NCBI GenBank assembly: GCA_036494715.1 | Contig: DASXNY010000166.1 | Span: 801-64,800, forward strand | Length of the DNA: 64,000 nucleotides | Direction: 5' to 3' | Origin: Thermoleophilaceae bacterium | Lineage (GTDB): Bacteria; Actinomycetota; Thermoleophilia; Solirubrobacterales; Thermoleophilaceae | Shown here: positions 63,576 through 64,000 of the stretch, piece after piece | Numbering within the stretch: the stretch's first letter is position 1 | Layout: each line of letters starts with the position of its first letter | Notes under the pieces: generated by a model | Told to the model about the DNA's origin: nothing | Database searches by the model: none | What the model saw: only the letters and a program-made list of their open reading frames with translations | Translations under genes and position numbers: made by a program

Positions 63576-64000
63576 GCTCCGTCCTCCAGATATTGCTCTA
63601 GCACTCGCCTCACCCTCGAGCGTGCGCGGTGGAGGAGCACCCGCTGATTGGTATCGCTGACGTCCAGGACGTTACGCACCTCCTCGGCGCTGAAGCCATC
63701 GATGTCGCGCAGCGTGATCACGGCGCGCTGGTTGGGCGGCAGCTGCTCGATCGTGTCGAGGATCAGCGCGCGCGTCTCGCCGGCGAGCAGCCGCTCCTCG
63801 GGGTCGCCCTCCCACGGCGTCGGGAACACCCGCCAGCCGCCCGGATGCTGCTCGCCCTCGCCCTGGAAGCGATCGGGATCGACGGCGGGTTCGCCCGGCT
63901 CGCCGATCGAGGAGAACGGCACGCTGCGCGCCTCCCGCTGACCGCGCGTCTTGGCCCGGTTGGTGAGGATGCGGAACAGCCAGGTCTTGAACGACGAGCG
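63572..64000 (-). CDS. ECF (group 4) RNA polymerase sigma factor, N-terminus beyond the window
   Basis: Region 4 LPPNQRAVITLRDIDGFSAEEVRNVLDVSDTNQRVLLHRAR. The frame is open to base 64000 (region 2 FKTWLFRILTN). Confidence 0.88.
   Translation of the reverse strand, partial: RSSFKTWLFRILTNRAKTRGQREARSVPFSSIGEPGEPAVDPDRFQGEGEQHPGGWRVFPTPWEGDPEERLLAGETRALILDTIEQLPPNQRAVITLRDIDGFSAEEVRNVLDVSDTNQRVLLHRARSRVRRVLEQYLEDGA

Overview
This is a very GC-rich, gene-dense chromosomal window that looks like the core genome of a high-GC Gram-positive (Actinomycetota-like) bacterium. I can support about 75 protein genes and one tRNA-Lys(CTT). I see no rRNA, CRISPR array, transposase, integrase or phage genes.

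Many long ORFs in the track are antisense or off-frame GC artefacts. Several track ORFs are also chimeric: a spurious upstream extension is fused in frame to a real gene. In those cases I re-placed the start by eye, and many of the new starts form ATGA, GTGA or TAGTG overlaps with the preceding gene.

Main blocks:
1. Tetrapyrrole genes: hemA (left edge), then hemB, a fused siroheme-decarboxylase-like ahbAB gene, and hemL.
2. A Bacillus-type split menaquinol:cytochrome c reductase (qcrABC), followed by menG and a polyprenyl-diphosphate synthase.
3. dcd, tatA-tatC, a STAS protein and tRNA-Lys.
4. A wecB / oxidoreductase / acetyltransferase nucleotide-sugar cassette.
5. A minus-strand string: rpsF-[MFS-LLM insertion]-ssb-rpsR-rplI-dnaB-dnaC/dnaI-like loader-purA.
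6. An eight-gene minus-strand chain: OmpR-type regulator, kinase, HtrA, IMPase-like protein, degenerate RsbW-like protein, TreT, OtsA and an MBL hydrolase. All junctions but one are 4-nt overlaps.
7. An envelope block: thiL, GT-C, PBP1A, MscS, PIG-V-like GT-C, HAD, CPBP and an L,D-transpeptidase.
8. pyrE, an LtrA-like protein, and a ZAS anti-sigma / ECF sigma pair at the right edge.

I found no clear-cut novel system such as a defence island or a mobile element. The items most worth a second look are:
- the stress-signalling/trehalose gene chain;
- the ahbAB fusion inside the hem operon;
- a 141-aa degenerate polyprenyl-synthase-like protein that may be a small synthase subunit;
- the helicase-loader gene coupled to dnaB;
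- the interrupted rpsF operon;
- hemL, which appears to lack a canonical start codon;
- a dispersed CTGCGGA heptamer repeat family.

All functional calls rest on motifs I recognise in the translations. No homology search was run, and gene starts are approximate.
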